Part shown: piece by piece, positions 39,701 through 54,700 of the stretch | Layout: the number at the start of each line of letters is the position of its first letter | How positions within the stretch are numbered: position 1 is the stretch's first letter | DNA from: Isurus oxyrinchus | Lineage: Eukaryota | Reading direction: 5' to 3' | DNA: 64,000 bases | Assembly (NCBI GenBank): GCA_026770705.1 | Contig: JANJGN010000021.1 | Location: forward strand, 90,334,001 to 90,398,000 | Program-made: the position numbers and the translations under genes | Notes under the pieces: model-generated | The model's input: only the letters and a program-made list of their open reading frames with translations | Databases searched by the model: none | What the model was told of the DNA's origin: nothing

Positions 39701-42700
39701 CAGAAAGCAAAAATATGCCTTCAGGGCGAGATTTGCAAAAGGTGGGAAATCTATTTGTTTAGGGGTAAGCTTGCTTGGGCCTTCTTTAAAACTGCAGCTG
39801 AGACCAGAGTCTCAGCTTTCCAATTCAAAGTCTATTGAGTGCAGGGTTCGCTCATTTGAGCAGACAGAGGGACCTTGTCTTTATGTTCCATGCGGAGAAT
39901 TCTCCTCTGATTCAGAGGCTCTTCTGAAGATTTTTGTCCTGTTCATAACACTGGATGAGAGTTAATAAGTTTCAGAGATAGATGAGCATAGTTATCTCAG
40001 TCGGAGCCACAACCTTCACGCTAGAGGTTAGATAGAAATAGGGGAGATGAGGGGTGGGATGAGAGAAAGAAGGGAACACAGGAGGCTGAGGATGTTGTGG
40101 TTCCTCAGGAAGGGGCGTGAGCAACTCCAGACCCCAAGGATCAGCAAGAACCATGAAAACCTCTGCGGAGTTGAAAATGAACTTATCCTGCCCGAAATGC
40201 ATACAGGCAGAGATGTAGCTACCAGCAATTGATTTCATTATGTCATTGAACATTTTATGGCTCTGGGGCCTCCTCACCACGTTACAGCTGTTGACCTTGT
40301 CGGACACCTCGTCCCATAAAGCACGAGTCTGCCTGAGATTCCTTCTCTTCCCAGCAGTCGACGTAACCTGGTCATGGCCACCATGTATTGCATGCATGCC
40401 GTGCATCAACGTTGGCCTCACTGAATCTTGAGACAGCTTTAGCCCTTCTGGAATGCCTTCCCCCTCGTTTGGATATTTCATGGTAATATGTAATGAATGT
40501 ACAACTTCTCAACGCAAATCAGCGGGAGATTTATTAAAACATATAATCGCCACCACTTGTTACATTTGCTGCGATTGGACAAGATTAGGTCAAATTTAAG
40601 GTACAAGTAGTAAATGCAGGGGAATGCACAGCAGGCCTGGCAGCATCTGTGGAGATAGGAACGGAATTAGCATTTGGGCTCTATATGACTTCTTCATTGT
40701 TGAAGAGAAGATGTGCAGCAAGGTGAGCAAAAGGGAATATCGGAGATAGGTATGAGTTTAGGATAGATTTCACAAAAATGTCATGAACACAATTCACCGG
40801 AGTGGTAATGATAGTGATCAAGAGTAGGGCAGGTGTTAACAGCTGCATTAAGGTAGCAGAATGTGTTAATCGCTGAACAAGGGTCATTCCCTCTCAAAGG
40901 ACAACATAACAAGTTACAAATTGGTCTTGTGTGTGGAGTGTGTTGAGAAAAAAAGTGTCAACGTGGAGGACAAAGATCATGGTCTGAATCTGATGAATTC
41001 ATTTTAAATGCAGAAGACGGCCAAGGGCCTTATCAGAAGATAGTTTTCTTTGGGGGCTGGGGCAACAGCACGTCATTTTCCAATTAGGCTCTTTACAAAC
41101 TTCTGAACTTTACATTGAGTTTAACAATTTCACAGGCTTAATCTGTCCTGTATTTCGATATTCAATTCACAACGCACTCCCCCCACAGGGCCAAACTAAA
41201 CTTCTTCCCATGTTTTGGTTTCAGGGGGCCCTGACCTATGTTTTACTATTAACACGTTCTGCTATCTGACCTTTATGCCAAAATTAAAACCTGTTGTTTT
41301 TCACAATGCCATTACCAGTACATTTGCCTTGTGCCAAGGACATCTGTGTCAAATCCCTTGAGATCCGAAAAAAATGTTGTTCTTTTTTATTCCATGTGTT
41401 TCAACCCCTCTCTTCAACAGTATAAGGCCCATTACATTTGTACGCTTCTTGATTCTGTTCCTCTCTCTCCACCGATGCTGTCAGGCATGCTGAGTTTTTC
41501 CAGCATTTGAGTGTTTTCTTTCTCTCAGATTTCCAGCATCCGCTGTGTATTATGTGTATTACTTTTATTTTACTTAAAATTTGTCCTGGTTTACCTGACC
41601 AAATTCAAAGATGAACCAATCTTCCCTGTTTAGTAGATGCACATGAGTGATCATCTGATGGGTCTCCTGACGGTCAAGTGGCAGGGGGCCCTTTAAAATG
41701 CTGGTCATTACCTTGTTCCAGGTAGCTGCAGCTTCCGAGAATGGACATGCCGCCGTCCAGTAATCATTGCGAGAGATGAGGGCCCGTGAACCAACCTTGC
41801 CACTCATTCACGGCAATTAGCGTATTGTCGGGTGCACACGACGGTAGGCCCGGAAGGAGGAATGTTCTCGACTTTCGGAAGCGACCGCATTATTCAGCCC
41901 CGTGCATTTTTTGCTTCAATCATTCCATCTGCCTCGGTTGGAACTCTGAAAATAGTTGTCTGATTTTTGTTGAATTTCAATGTTTTGTAATGACGATACG
42001 AATCTGCAATTACAGCAAAAAAACTGAAGGAGAAAGACTCAAGTATGTTACCGTCTCCCAAATTCTCATTTTAGTTTGTATTTTTTGTCAGATTTCAGTG
42101 CATTATGTTACCTCTGTTATGTGAGGATTGATTTTCCTAACCTGAAATCTTAAATTATAAACTTCATAATATCGATTTCTTTATCCATACTGTTTAAAAT
42201 TATTATCTTTAGATTTGTTGGATCTTCATAAAGCTGATGGTGAGTCGCACTGACAAAAAGTCAGAAAGAATAGAACAAAATATTCAATGCTGGCTGGGTC
42301 GCAAAACAGGCATTATGGCATAGAAGGAGAATACAGCAGATGCTGGAATAAAAACAAAAAATGCTGGAAAAAACTCAGCAGGTCTGACAGCATAAATGGA
42401 GTGAAAAACACCGTCAACGAATATCCAAATATCAGAATCTGCCTTTAACGAAAACTGCAAATTTCCCTGATGCAATTTTTTTCATTTGTGATAAAAGTGA
42501 GAATTATTGATCACTTTGTCCGCTAACTTAGGTGTTTGCATTCATTCTTCATGGATGTTGACTTGAGATGAAATGATATATTTTGGCTCAAAATTTGAAC
42601 ACACCAATTAAATTTTATCTAGACATTTCTATATTTTCAGAAATGTGTTGATCTCATTCATCATATTTTTTCCACGAAATGACTGAATGTATACAGCAAA

Positions 42701-45700
42701 TACCAAAACTATAGAAAATCAATTTTGCCTTTTTTTTTACATGATGGAAATTGAAATTACTGCCTGCACCTTATAAAAATTCCAGAGCGTGAACTTTTAT
42801 CTCTGAATTATGAATGTAAATTTCAGGAGAAGAAGGAAGTATGAATACAGCAAGAAAGCCAAAATCCATGCTTATTAGCGGCTTAGAATTAAATTCCCCC
42901 CCGATCGCATTGTACTATCACTCCTGTCGCAGGAATAATAATAGTTTGGAATTTTGAAACAATCTCTCACCTGCGCTTTTAGTTACAGTTTAAATATGCT
43001 TAATTGAAGGAAGGAGGTCTCATTAACTGGACCATCCCTTATGTACTTATCCATACACAAAGGCTCTAACTGTATTAGGAACAGTGGACACCTCAACAGG
43101 TGAGGCAGCATCTGTGGAAAGAACGGGATTCTCTCTACAGATGTTGCTCACCTGCTAAGTATTTCGAGCATTTGTTTTCTTCTTATTTCAGTTTTTCAGC
43201 ATCTGCAATATTCCATTACTTTGTAACAGTGATAGTTGTGTGTTAGGGTATGTTTTACGACATCTAACCATGCAAATATATGCTTATTAAATGTCAAAAT
43301 ATTGGGTCCAGTTAGTTTCTTTGTGCACTTGCTGATGAATCAAATTTGTAAGAAGAAACAACAACAACATAAAATAGGTAGTTAGCTACTATCCTTTCAA
43401 TTATAGTGGAAGGCGACAAAATGAAATAACGTCTATATTGTTTGGGTATGATTGCGCTAGTATGCTGCAAGGTCTGTGGAAGAATGAAGTGGAGATATGG
43501 ACCCTCTCAAACACCTACAAAAAACATAAACACGCCGTTGCCACTTTCAGCAAATTGGTTAAGGTCGGAAGTATTTTGTCAGTTGGATGAAGGTTTGGGC
43601 ATTCTATAAAAATGCTTGGTTAAATGCACAAGAATGATGATCCTTTAATTGTTCCAAGGATTGTGGTAATATTGACAGATTTCGAAATTTTTTAAAAAAA
43701 ACAACTGCTCATATTATGCATTCTATCAAATGTTATATCTAAAAACGGTGGAAATTCAATTTAGGTTGGCTAGAACATTACCCGTGGTTGCACTGTTGCA
43801 TTATACTCAGATAGTATGGACAGGTGATTCCATCCAACAGCTGTTCGGTTTTCAGAGTAAGAGTCTGTCCCTGCTGTCGGCAAAAACATCCTCAAGAGGC
43901 TTTCATTTCCTCTGGTTTTATGGAGAAGAAGAAGCATTCTGCGGTTTACAATAAAGAATAAACGACAGGAGACTCAATGATTGTCAGAGTTTGAAATGGT
44001 CCAAATACTGGCTGCAGGCATCAATACAAGAGGGCGATTAAAAATAGCCAAAGTGAGGATGAAAGCAAATTTATCAGATCTAGCTGTTATAACTTAAGAC
44101 AGAATTGGAACAACAATATTAAGCGAACAGCTCACAGGAAGTCCAGTGAACTGCAGTCGCTGCATCTGGTGCAACTCGATGTATAATTGTGTGGTGAACT
44201 GCCCAATATGGAGTGGGTGAATCCTTCAGTTACACATTATTATCTCGATTCACTAAGTAGTGGTTAACGCAACGTAAACTATTTCACATTACTATTTTTG
44301 TTTAAGTTTGTAATGATAACATAATGAAGTCAGAACATTAAGTGGCAGATGGTTATCTAAGTCCATGTAAATTACCTGTATAAAGCCAATTTATGAGTTA
44401 TTCGAGCTGGTGAGTAATCACGCAATTCAAAAGGGTGCCTTGACATGGAACATGCTCACAATTTCTCAGTAATTCACTGGGCTGTGTTTTGCACAATCAG
44501 ACTATTTTACAATCTCTTGAAAAGCAACTGTTGGTTCTCAATAGACTATTAGAATATAAACGTTACCATGAGATCCGTGAATTCCAAGTGTTATTAGGAG
44601 CAGGGTTTGTATTTAATCTGTATTAAATTAAGGTACTATGCTGTGTTTGTGAAACGTAAATAATATAACTAAATGTGCAGAACGGCTAAAAAATGCTGGA
44701 CAAAATATACTTGAAATAATAACAAAAGTTCCATATTTTCAGCTAATGTAGCCCTTGTGATACTGCATTTTAATGTGCAGAGGCACTTTTGAGTTCCATG
44801 CACTTTAATTATTTCGTTTCTTTATAACTCCTTCAGAAGATCGCATGAAGCAGTCAAAAACTGGTAAGCATCCGATAATACTTTTGTACAAATAATACAA
44901 AAGAAGCGGTGTCAATCATGAAAACTATGGAAATTTCCGAAATAATGCCTGAAAGTGAATGGAATTTCCCAGCTGATCTGGCAGTATCTCTAAAGATACT
45001 TTAACAAATGTTGCACTCGATTATGTTCCTTGGCCGACGGCAGTGTTAGGTTAACATTGTTCCGTTAAATTCTCCACTGCATCTTCTTTCTCCATTTTGA
45101 GTGGATTCAGTGCGCTTATTTAATTTCAACATTAACGATAAAAATAAGAATTTCAATGCAACCCATGATGGCAACCTCAGGAGTTTTTTTAGAGTTTCTG
45201 ATTGATTGTTTTTTGTCCTGCAATCTCTCTTGTCATGATGTCTGATATTCGCCATTTATTTATATTTTCCAGAATATTTATTGTTCTATTTTATTTTTGA
45301 CATTTAAAAACATACCATCCATTACTAGCTTTGCTTGTCCACTTGTGTTCCTTATGCATGGTGAAATGTGCAAAATGATTTTCTGAACCCACTCTACATG
45401 ATAATGCAAAGGTGTCTTTAGGTGTCCTTTCAGCTGCCATTATCAGAAGGGAGATTGCGAATTCCAATGGAAAAAAAAGGAAAACAAATCTCATGAACCT
45501 TGGTTAATTCATCTATCTGGCATATAAACATATTAATTAGGAGCAGGAGTAGGTCATTCGGCCCTGCATGCTCGGTCTCCCATTCAATGAGTTCATGGTT
45601 GATCTTCCTGTGCTCAACTCTATTTTTCTTCTTACACCCTATGCACTTTGACCACCTTGTCAATCAAAATTCATATAATTCATCTTGAGAGTATTCAATA

Positions 45701-48700
45701 GTTATGCCTCCACCACTTTCAGAGGAAAGGAATTCCACACACTCACGACCATCTGAGAGAGGAGAATAAAACTCCTCCTCTCTTTTTTAAATGAGAATTC
45801 ATTTAAAAGACCTGTCTCCTAATTTAAGTATCTCCCACAAGGGGTAACATTATTTCAGCATCCACTCTGTCAAGTGCTTTCAAGAGCTAATATGTATCAA
45901 TACGTTCTCCTCACCTTCTTCTATGCTCCAATGGAGGCAGGCCCAATGTCTAAAATTTCCTCGTAGGATAACACCCGCAGTCCAGGAATCAGTCGAATGA
46001 ACATGTTCTGAGCCGCTTCTCCTTTAATTATGGTCTTTCTTAAATAAGGACACCAAAACTCTAGGCAGTATTGTAGATGTGGTCTTACCAATACCCCGTG
46101 CAACTGTAGCAAAGCATCCCTAATTCTATTTTCCATTCTCTGTGCAAGAAAAAGCGACATTGCAGTTGCCTTAATATCCACTTGCTGTACGTGCATATGT
46201 GCCAGTTCACCAAAATCCCTCTTCACCGCCAGGTTCTGCAATCTCTGCCCATTTAAGTAATATGCTGCTGCTTTTTTGAATTCTTCCATTCGAACTGGAC
46301 AAATTCACGTTTTCCCAGATTCTACTCCATCTGTTTTGTTTTGCTCACTCATGTTAGCTATCCATGTCCCACTGAATGTTCCATAACTCCTCTTGAAAAC
46401 TTACTTGCCTACCTACCTTTCTGTAAGGAGAAAATCTAGCTGCCAGACATTCGATCGCATATGCCAAGTCATTACGTAAATTGTAAATAATTGAGGCCCC
46501 AGCACCAATCCCCGTGTCAATCCATGCAATCCTCTATCCATGCTAACATGCCACCCCTTCACCTTGAGTTCTTATTTTGCCGAGTAAATTTTGGTGTGGC
46601 ACTTTGTGCTTCTGCAAATCTAAATACTGCACATCCAGATGTTCCCCTTTATCCACGTTGCTTGTTACATTCTGAAAGAACTCTAATGCATAGGTCGAAC
46701 TCGATTGTCCATTCACAAACCATGTTGACTCAGCCTGATTGCTTGGAGATTTTCTAATTGTTCTGCTATAACACCTTTAATAATAGATTCCAGCATTTAC
46801 CCTCTGGCAGGTTTTATAGGCTTACTGGCTTGTGGCTTCCCATTTTCAGTGTCATTCCTATTTTGAACAGAGGTGTGGCATTCACTATTTTTCAATCTGA
46901 TCTTTCCTGAACCTGAGGAATTTTGTAAAATTGAAACCAACACATTTAAGATCTCACCAGTTACCTTTCTGTAAGAAGCTATGATGCGAACCATCAGTAC
47001 CTGGGTTCCTTTCACCTTTAATTTCTACTTATTCCACTGGATCCCTTTCCTGGGTGATTGTAATTATTTTCAGCTGCTCCCTGTTTTTTTGGAGCAGCAC
47101 ACCTACTTTGGGGTCCTCTTTTCACACGCTTTCTAGCCGCTCCAGAATCCCCTGGATGCTGTTGGATCGCATTCTTCTAGGTACAACTGACTGCATTCAT
47201 TCACAATCACTTCGAGGTGCTACTGCCTGCCTCCATGTGCTCTTGTCTCCCTCTCGAAATATTAGCACATGCATATTGAGATTAGGGTATTGATCTGTCC
47301 AAATGAGGTCGCATTTCACTCCTGGGGAGAACAAAATTAGGACGCTTGGCAGTGGGCTGTGCCTGCAGTAAATTTCAGTCTTAAGATCCCGACACCTCGA
47401 ACTTACTTAGGCTCCTAAGCACTTGGGGCTAGCTGGAGCCCCAGCATTGGCCACCCGATTGCAAATTGTCTAAGGTGGGACACCGTCCGGTGATAAGGGC
47501 GGAAGCCCCTCCATAAAGTAACTCACGCTGCATTCAGTGTTAAATTACTTTATGGCAGCTGTCCGGATAGTTGGCGGGCTGCACCACACCAGACCTCACA
47601 CCCCCTTCGCCAGTCCCCGCTACCCAACACTCTCAAAAGAAAAAGAAAGGCAGGCTTTTAGTGGGGTACAGGGAAGAACTGCGACCCCAGCGCCTCATTA
47701 AATCCAGCCCATTGAGCGAGTTATGATTTTTTATTCTTCAGCACCCATTGGGATGAATAATAAAATGGATCACCTACCAAAATTTGGAGAAAAGTATAAT
47801 AAAAGAAAATTAGCAGATGCTTGGAATTGATTTTTTTTCTTTCAAATCTCAATGCGTTATTCCAGCAAAACACTTAGAGATTGTGTTCTTTATTTTGTTA
47901 GTGGAATGGCAGTTCTAATTTTTTTAAGGGCACATATAGCGATCATGGTAATATGACTTTCAGGCATAGGAAAACCGATGATTTATTTCATTTCAGAATT
48001 AGAACAATTAGAAGCAATTCGGAAAGATATTGGTAAGCAGCTTGCTTTTTTATATTCTTCCACTTTATGTTTCATTGATTACATCCCCTATACAAACGTG
48101 CGGTTCACCGCAAATAAAGAAAGAGACAGAAAATACAGAACAAAAACTTGAATATATAAATGGCAGATTTCCCAATCATCATCACGTATTTGCAGGCAGA
48201 CACGTAGATTGATATAAAGATGGAGACATGCTGGCAATATTTACCTCAATTTTTGCAATTTATAGGAATGACTTGGGTGAAGGGACACAAGAATGGTTGC
48301 TAAATATGCTGGCGACACAAATATATTAAAGTAATGTAAATTGTGAAGAGGACACAAGGAGGCTACACAGGCACTTAGGCAAGTTAAGTGAGTGGGCAGC
48401 AATCAGGTAAATAAAGCATGATACGAGAAAACCTGAGAGATTACAGAGTTCTGAGATGCAGAGGGATCTGGGTGCCCTAATGCATGAATCACAAAGGGCT
48501 AGTGTGCAGCTACAGCAAATTATTAGGAAAGCTAATTGAATATTCTCATTGTTGTGAGTGGAATTGATTACAAACCTAGGGAGGTTATGCTTCAGCTTTC
48601 AAGGCACTGATGAGAGCACATCTGGAACATTGTGTGCTGCATTGGTCGCCTTATTTAAAGAAATATACAAACACGTTAGAAACAGTTTAGAAAAGGTTCA

Positions 48701-51700
48701 CTCGACTAATACCAAGAATTTTGCAGTTGTCTTATGAGGAAAACGTTGGCAGGTTATGCTGGTATCCAATGGAGTATACAGAAGTAAGAGGTGACTTAAT
48801 TGAAACCTTTAAGATCCTGAGGGGTTTTGACAGAGTGGATGTACTGTGGATGTTCCCTCTCGTGTGAGAATCTAGAAACATGGGTCACTGTTTAAAAATA
48901 GAGGGTCGCTAATTTAAGACAGAGATGAGGAGAATTGTTTTTCCTCAGAGGGTTCAAAGTATTTGAAACTCTCATCCTGAAAAGATGTTGTAAACTGGGT
49001 CATCCAATATTTTTAAGGCAGCGCGAGTTAGATTCTTGATTAAGAAGGGGGTGAAAGGTTATCCGAGTAGTTAAAAATATGGAGGTTAAAATTTGATCAG
49101 CCATGACCTTATTAATTTGCTAACCAGGGTCGTGAGGCTGAGCGGCCTACTGCTGCTCATCATTCGCATGTCCATGTGTTGGTTTTTATTATCTGCCGCA
49201 TTACTAATCTGAAAACAATGCTCACAACATCCTGTTCCATTCTATTGACGTTTAACAGCGTCTTTGCCTGCCCATTTTTAGAGTTTATATATAGGCAGAA
49301 AAGCCATCGCATCTCTGGCTTTATATTTATAAGTCAAAATAACAAAGGATTTAACTCAGTAATTGAAAATGTCGCCGAGGCTCAAGTCAATATTGTTTCA
49401 TTCTTACTTTGAGTGGCTGTGGGGTATTACAGTTGAGAATACATAAGTTTATTATTGGCACAATAATCTCTGATCAAATGGAACTATGCATATCATTACA
49501 GTTATGCATCATTTGATTCAGAATGAGCAGAAAACCTGAAAACTTTTCTGGATTGATGCCATATAAAACTTAAGGTTATACATATCAGAAAAATATGAAG
49601 TTTTATTGCCCTGAGAAGCCTAAATCGTGCCTTAGAAATTTGTGAAAATTAATATTGACAGTAGTGGAGGTGTTATCCCTGCCCAGTGGGAAGTGATAAA
49701 GTCGCAATGTAAGATAAGATGGAAAGAAAATATGAAGGTCAAGCTTATTTTACGGTTAAGCTGATGGAGATTGATGTGAAATAGTATAGGAAAACATTAG
49801 TCGATCATAATAGATGGTAAGGATGAGGTGGACTACATGTTACGTCCCTGTGCTGAATACCTTATGTTCACATATCAGCATTGATATCCAAAAAAAATTG
49901 TATCAGTGCACTAAGTGATACTATTATTTGCAAGAAGCAAAATGTTTTTTTCCTTCATAAACAAATGCCACCTCATGAATATCTATGTCAAAGACACATA
50001 CACTCGGTCAAACATCGAATTTGAGCCTTGACAGTGCAAGCGCAAATGCAAATTTAACATGTATAAAATCAAAAACAATTCACACAGATGTCACGAAAAT
50101 TCAATGCAAATCAATTTAACACTTTGGAAAGAAAGGCATGTTGAGGGACACCGGGCCTTAACATTTGAGCTCTAGGGCACTGTATTGGGACCCTAACCCA
50201 ATCATGCGCTTGGCAACCCATCCACTCCACCATGCCCCCCCCCCCTAACCCCACCAGCTGCCCCTGAAAGCCACCCACATCTACCCTCCACCCCCACCTC
50301 AAAGTTGCGAGTTAAGTAATGCATGGCAATTTGCAATTTGCTAATTGTCAGGAACGTTCACGCTTCCAGAAGGCAATTACCCTGCTCTGGAAACCATACA
50401 AAAATATGATTTAGTCTCAAAATGCGGATTATTCCGATTGGTTTAAAGTATCAATTACCGAGAAAAAGTTAAAAGAATTCAAATCACGTCGAGTTCCTAG
50501 GTAGTTTCTGTACTGACTTCCTCCTACCCGTTACAAGACCCCCGACTTGCCCCAACTCCTACTACACCCCAACGCCCGCAGAGTGCACCACCTCACGACC
50601 GCTTCCACATTCACATTCCTACAGTCTGTACATCCCACCGTCTGCACATCCCACCCAGACTGCACCCACTCCCCCGGACCACCCGACAACCACCCCCACT
50701 CCCGAATTCCCACCCCCATTCATCACCTGACGCAATCTTAGTACTAACCAACACCGCCACTCGACCAACAGACCAGTCTCAGGACCACCTGGCCTCCATC
50801 CCCAGGCCGTCCAAACCACCAATTCCCCCGCACTCCACCTCCAAATCCTGTCCACTCATCTTACAAGCTCACTTGCCCTGACTTTGACTGTCACTCCGTG
50901 GAAATCCAGAAATCGCTTCGTGTTGATTAGGTGGTCGGGTGAGACTTGGAAGGAAAGGAAATTACTTTGTGTACAATTTTGACACATTACAATGATGCCA
51001 TTGAATGCCATTAATTGCACCAGGATGAATTTACCGACGGGCAAGGTACAATATACAGAGTTGAATATGGTGTGAGTGTGCAATTATTTGGCCAGGAATT
51101 TAAAGTGCTGTAGGAAGTAAGGAACTGAGACACGGGAGAACCGAAGTGACTGGACAAAAAAGCGTTGAAAACAGCTCCCATTAATAAGGAAGCGTTTAAG
51201 AATCAGACATTTCAGGAACAAGTTAAAATAAAAATTTGATTACTGTTGGAGACGTCGAGGGGTTTCAGCATTGCCATCTAATGACGTTGTTCTACCAGCA
51301 TTACTTTTAGTGGAGCTCAAATGTAGAAGTGAAGCATTGTAATTTCTATTACGCCGGCTATTGTGCAAAGAAGAAATAGGCGGGCTGCTGCTGTTGAGTG
51401 ATGAGAGTGTCAAGGCACAATGTTATGCTTCCACTGAAGAAGATAAACATGGAGAATGTTGAACATGCGACTACAGAACATTGTTGCTTGTACCATTCGT
51501 GTCATCTGCACCATTGTGTGGATCTGTAACGATGTGCTTACTCACCAATACTGCCAGTGTTATTCTTAAGAAATTCCAGTGTTGTTTGATATTGCAGCTC
51601 TTCAGGGAGCCTATGAGATAAAATGAAGGGCTCGGCTGGTGTCGTCCAAAGATTCCATGTATCTCTGTACCACAGAATGGTGCAACCAGCAGGATTTTCT

Positions 51701-54700
51701 CACAACAATCTATTGTATGCAATATAAATGAATTGTTTGAATTTGAGTTTGCAGCATAGGTAATTTTCAGTGAGCAGGCCACTTCATGAGGAGTCTGCAA
51801 TTTGATTTTTCGAAGTAGTAGCCTTCAATGCAGAGACAATAGCCGAGATGTTTGCATCGTTGCTATTCACAAATTCATCCTGGGACGCTACCTGTAATGA
51901 TTTGATGATGAGTAATTCAGTAGGTATTGAAAAAAGACGTTTGAACTTTTAACGCACTTAAATTTCAAATTCCTAGTCACTTGTTGTAGCAAGGTGAATG
52001 AATATGAATATCCTGGCATGTCAATTCTATGTTGTGCTTTGATCTGCAGAGATAATGCTGCATACCAAGGATTTAGGTAAACTGTTTAAGTGTGTTTTGT
52101 TTCTTGTTGTCGCATTATTTAGCATTTACCATTGCTGAAACCTGCATTATCAAAAACCCGGTCTTTCCATTTGATCAGATGCTGAACTGGACTAATCATA
52201 TAAAAATAGTGGCTACAAGAGCAGGTCAGAGGCAAACAATCGTGTAGCGATTAAGTCACCTCCTGACTCCCCACAGCCTGTGCACAATTTGCAAGGCACA
52301 CGTCAGGTATATGATGGAATTCCCTTCACTTGCCTAGATGAGGATAACTCCAAAACATTTAAAATATCGACACCATCCAGGACAAAGTAGCCTGCTTGAT
52401 TGGCACCCTGTCCAAAAACATTCACTGACTCCACTACAAAGTGCAGTGGCAGCAGTCTATACCATCTACAAAGTGCACTGCAAGAAAACGCTTAGGGTCC
52501 TTAGACAGCACCTTCCAAAAGCACCAGCGCTACCATAGAGAAGTGCAAGGGCATTAGACACACAGTGACACCACCACTTCGAATTTCCCCTCCAACCCAT
52601 TCAACATCTTGCATGGAAACATATCGCCGTTCCTTCACTGTTACTGGATCAAAATCCTGGAACTCCCTCCCTAAGAGACCTGTGCGTGTACCCACCCCAC
52701 AGGGCCTGCAACAGCTCAAGAAGGCAGGTCACCACTATCTTCTAAAGTGCAATTAGGGATGGACAATAAAAACTGGCATAGCTAGCGAGGCTCACACCCC
52801 ATGAATTACTCCAAAATGTAGAAAGAAAAACGATAACAAAGCATAGGAATTAAATAAATGCAATTTAAAATCGGAATAAAGGTAAAAGGACATATGATGA
52901 ACCATGGCTTCGAATGCATGTGAGATAGAGTCTGGCACATTCTTATCCAATGACCAGGACATAAATTGTGATCCGTCTGACAAATTTCATTTAAATTAAC
53001 GCACTTTCAAAGAAGCAAACTTACCTAAGATACTTTGTGTGTTCGAAAACACGTTATGCACAAATGGACAGATTTGAGCTTTGAAGCATCGAGCTTTAGA
53101 GCGGAAAATTCGTTTGCCAACATATGTGTGGACAAAATGGTCTCGACCAGTGAAATCATGGCCCCATTTTGCTGCGCTGAAGCTTCAGGGAGCCTTATTA
53201 GCCACAGAATATCATATGGCAATAAGGGGAAAATTGTGCTGGCATTTAAAATTCAAAAAAGCAATAAAAAGTACCGTTTGCATCTCCATCTTTGTTGTGA
53301 CTACAGCAAAAAAACACACTGAAATAAGCAATAAGTATAACACTGACACGTGAGACGGGAACTAAAGATGCAGTTTGAATTGTTTAAACCTTTATATTAG
53401 AATAGATTCTAAATGCAGTACATCTGACAGTATTTTCAATTTTCACACCTTGCACATACATTATTTCCCTGTTCTTCCCAAGAAGGTGAATAACTTTAAA
53501 CTTCCCTACATTATACACCATCTTCAGTTGTGTTGCTTGTTGATTATCCTTTGCAGATATCTTTAAATCCTCTTTTTGCCCTCCTCATAGCTTACATCCA
53601 AAAGAACCTTCCATTATCGACAAATTTAACATACATTATCCTTGGCCTCTTCGGTTGTCATAAATATGTGTTTTAAATCACAGAGTTCAGAACACTGATT
53701 ATTGCATTACCCCACTACTTATAGTCTGCTAATTATAATATACTCGTTTTCCATACTCACTGATTGGGTTACGTTAATAAATCCTCTATCAGTTATCTAA
53801 TATATTGCCTCCGACACCAGTCGCACTTAAATTGAATATTAAGCTTTTTGTGTGGTACTATATCAAATACATTTGCAAATCAAAGTAAACCACATCTATC
53901 GGTTTCCTCTTTATCTACAGTATCAGGTATACCGTCAACAAATCCAAGAAATTTGTGGTGAACTTGCCCCTCGAAAAGAAAATGTCTATCTTGTTTGCAT
54001 GTATTATATTCTAAGTGCATTTTCAGGGATTCCTGATTATGATATTGCTGTACTTTATCGATTATTGGTGTCAGACACGCTGGATTGTAGTTTCTAGTTA
54101 TCAATCTCCTTCCTGTCTTGCACAGCGATGTTATATGTGCTAACTTCTTATCCAAGGGAATGGTTCCAGAATTAAGGAAGTTTAGGAAATCGTACCGATT
54201 GCATCCAGTCCCTCTGCAGCTATCACTTTTGAAACTGCAGAACTACTCCATCTGTTGCTGGAGATGTTTCAGCTTTTAGTTCGTTATCATTCTAGAATAA
54301 ATTTTATTTACTGATACTAATTAACGTAAGTTCCTCACTTTTATTTTGTTTTCCTCTATCTCTGGTACCTTTTTCCCTTGTACATATTTGGAGAAGTATG
54401 ACAGTCATATTTTTGTTATATTCCTGATTATGCCAATGTTTTATTTTTCATTTCTTCATCTATATTGTGGCCGCACATTGCTGGTTTATGAAATGCACTC
54501 AATCTTCACACGTGCTTCAAATTAGATTTCACGTTATTCGCCTATCCTGATCTAATATTAATCTTTGAACAACCAAGCATAGCTCTCTCTGGCTGAGATT
54601 CTTCATTTATTTTGTGTGTTTGTAATTCATTACATTGCAGATAATCATCCTGATATCTTTATTTAAAAGTTTCACATCGTTTGCTCACCGTCTTACAGTT

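Noticed and set aside
39972-40481. Possible domesticated MSANTD/NAIF1-like gene
   Set aside because: The motif is partial and degenerate, and the homolog at about 6800 has a stop and a frameshift; treated as a transposon remnant.
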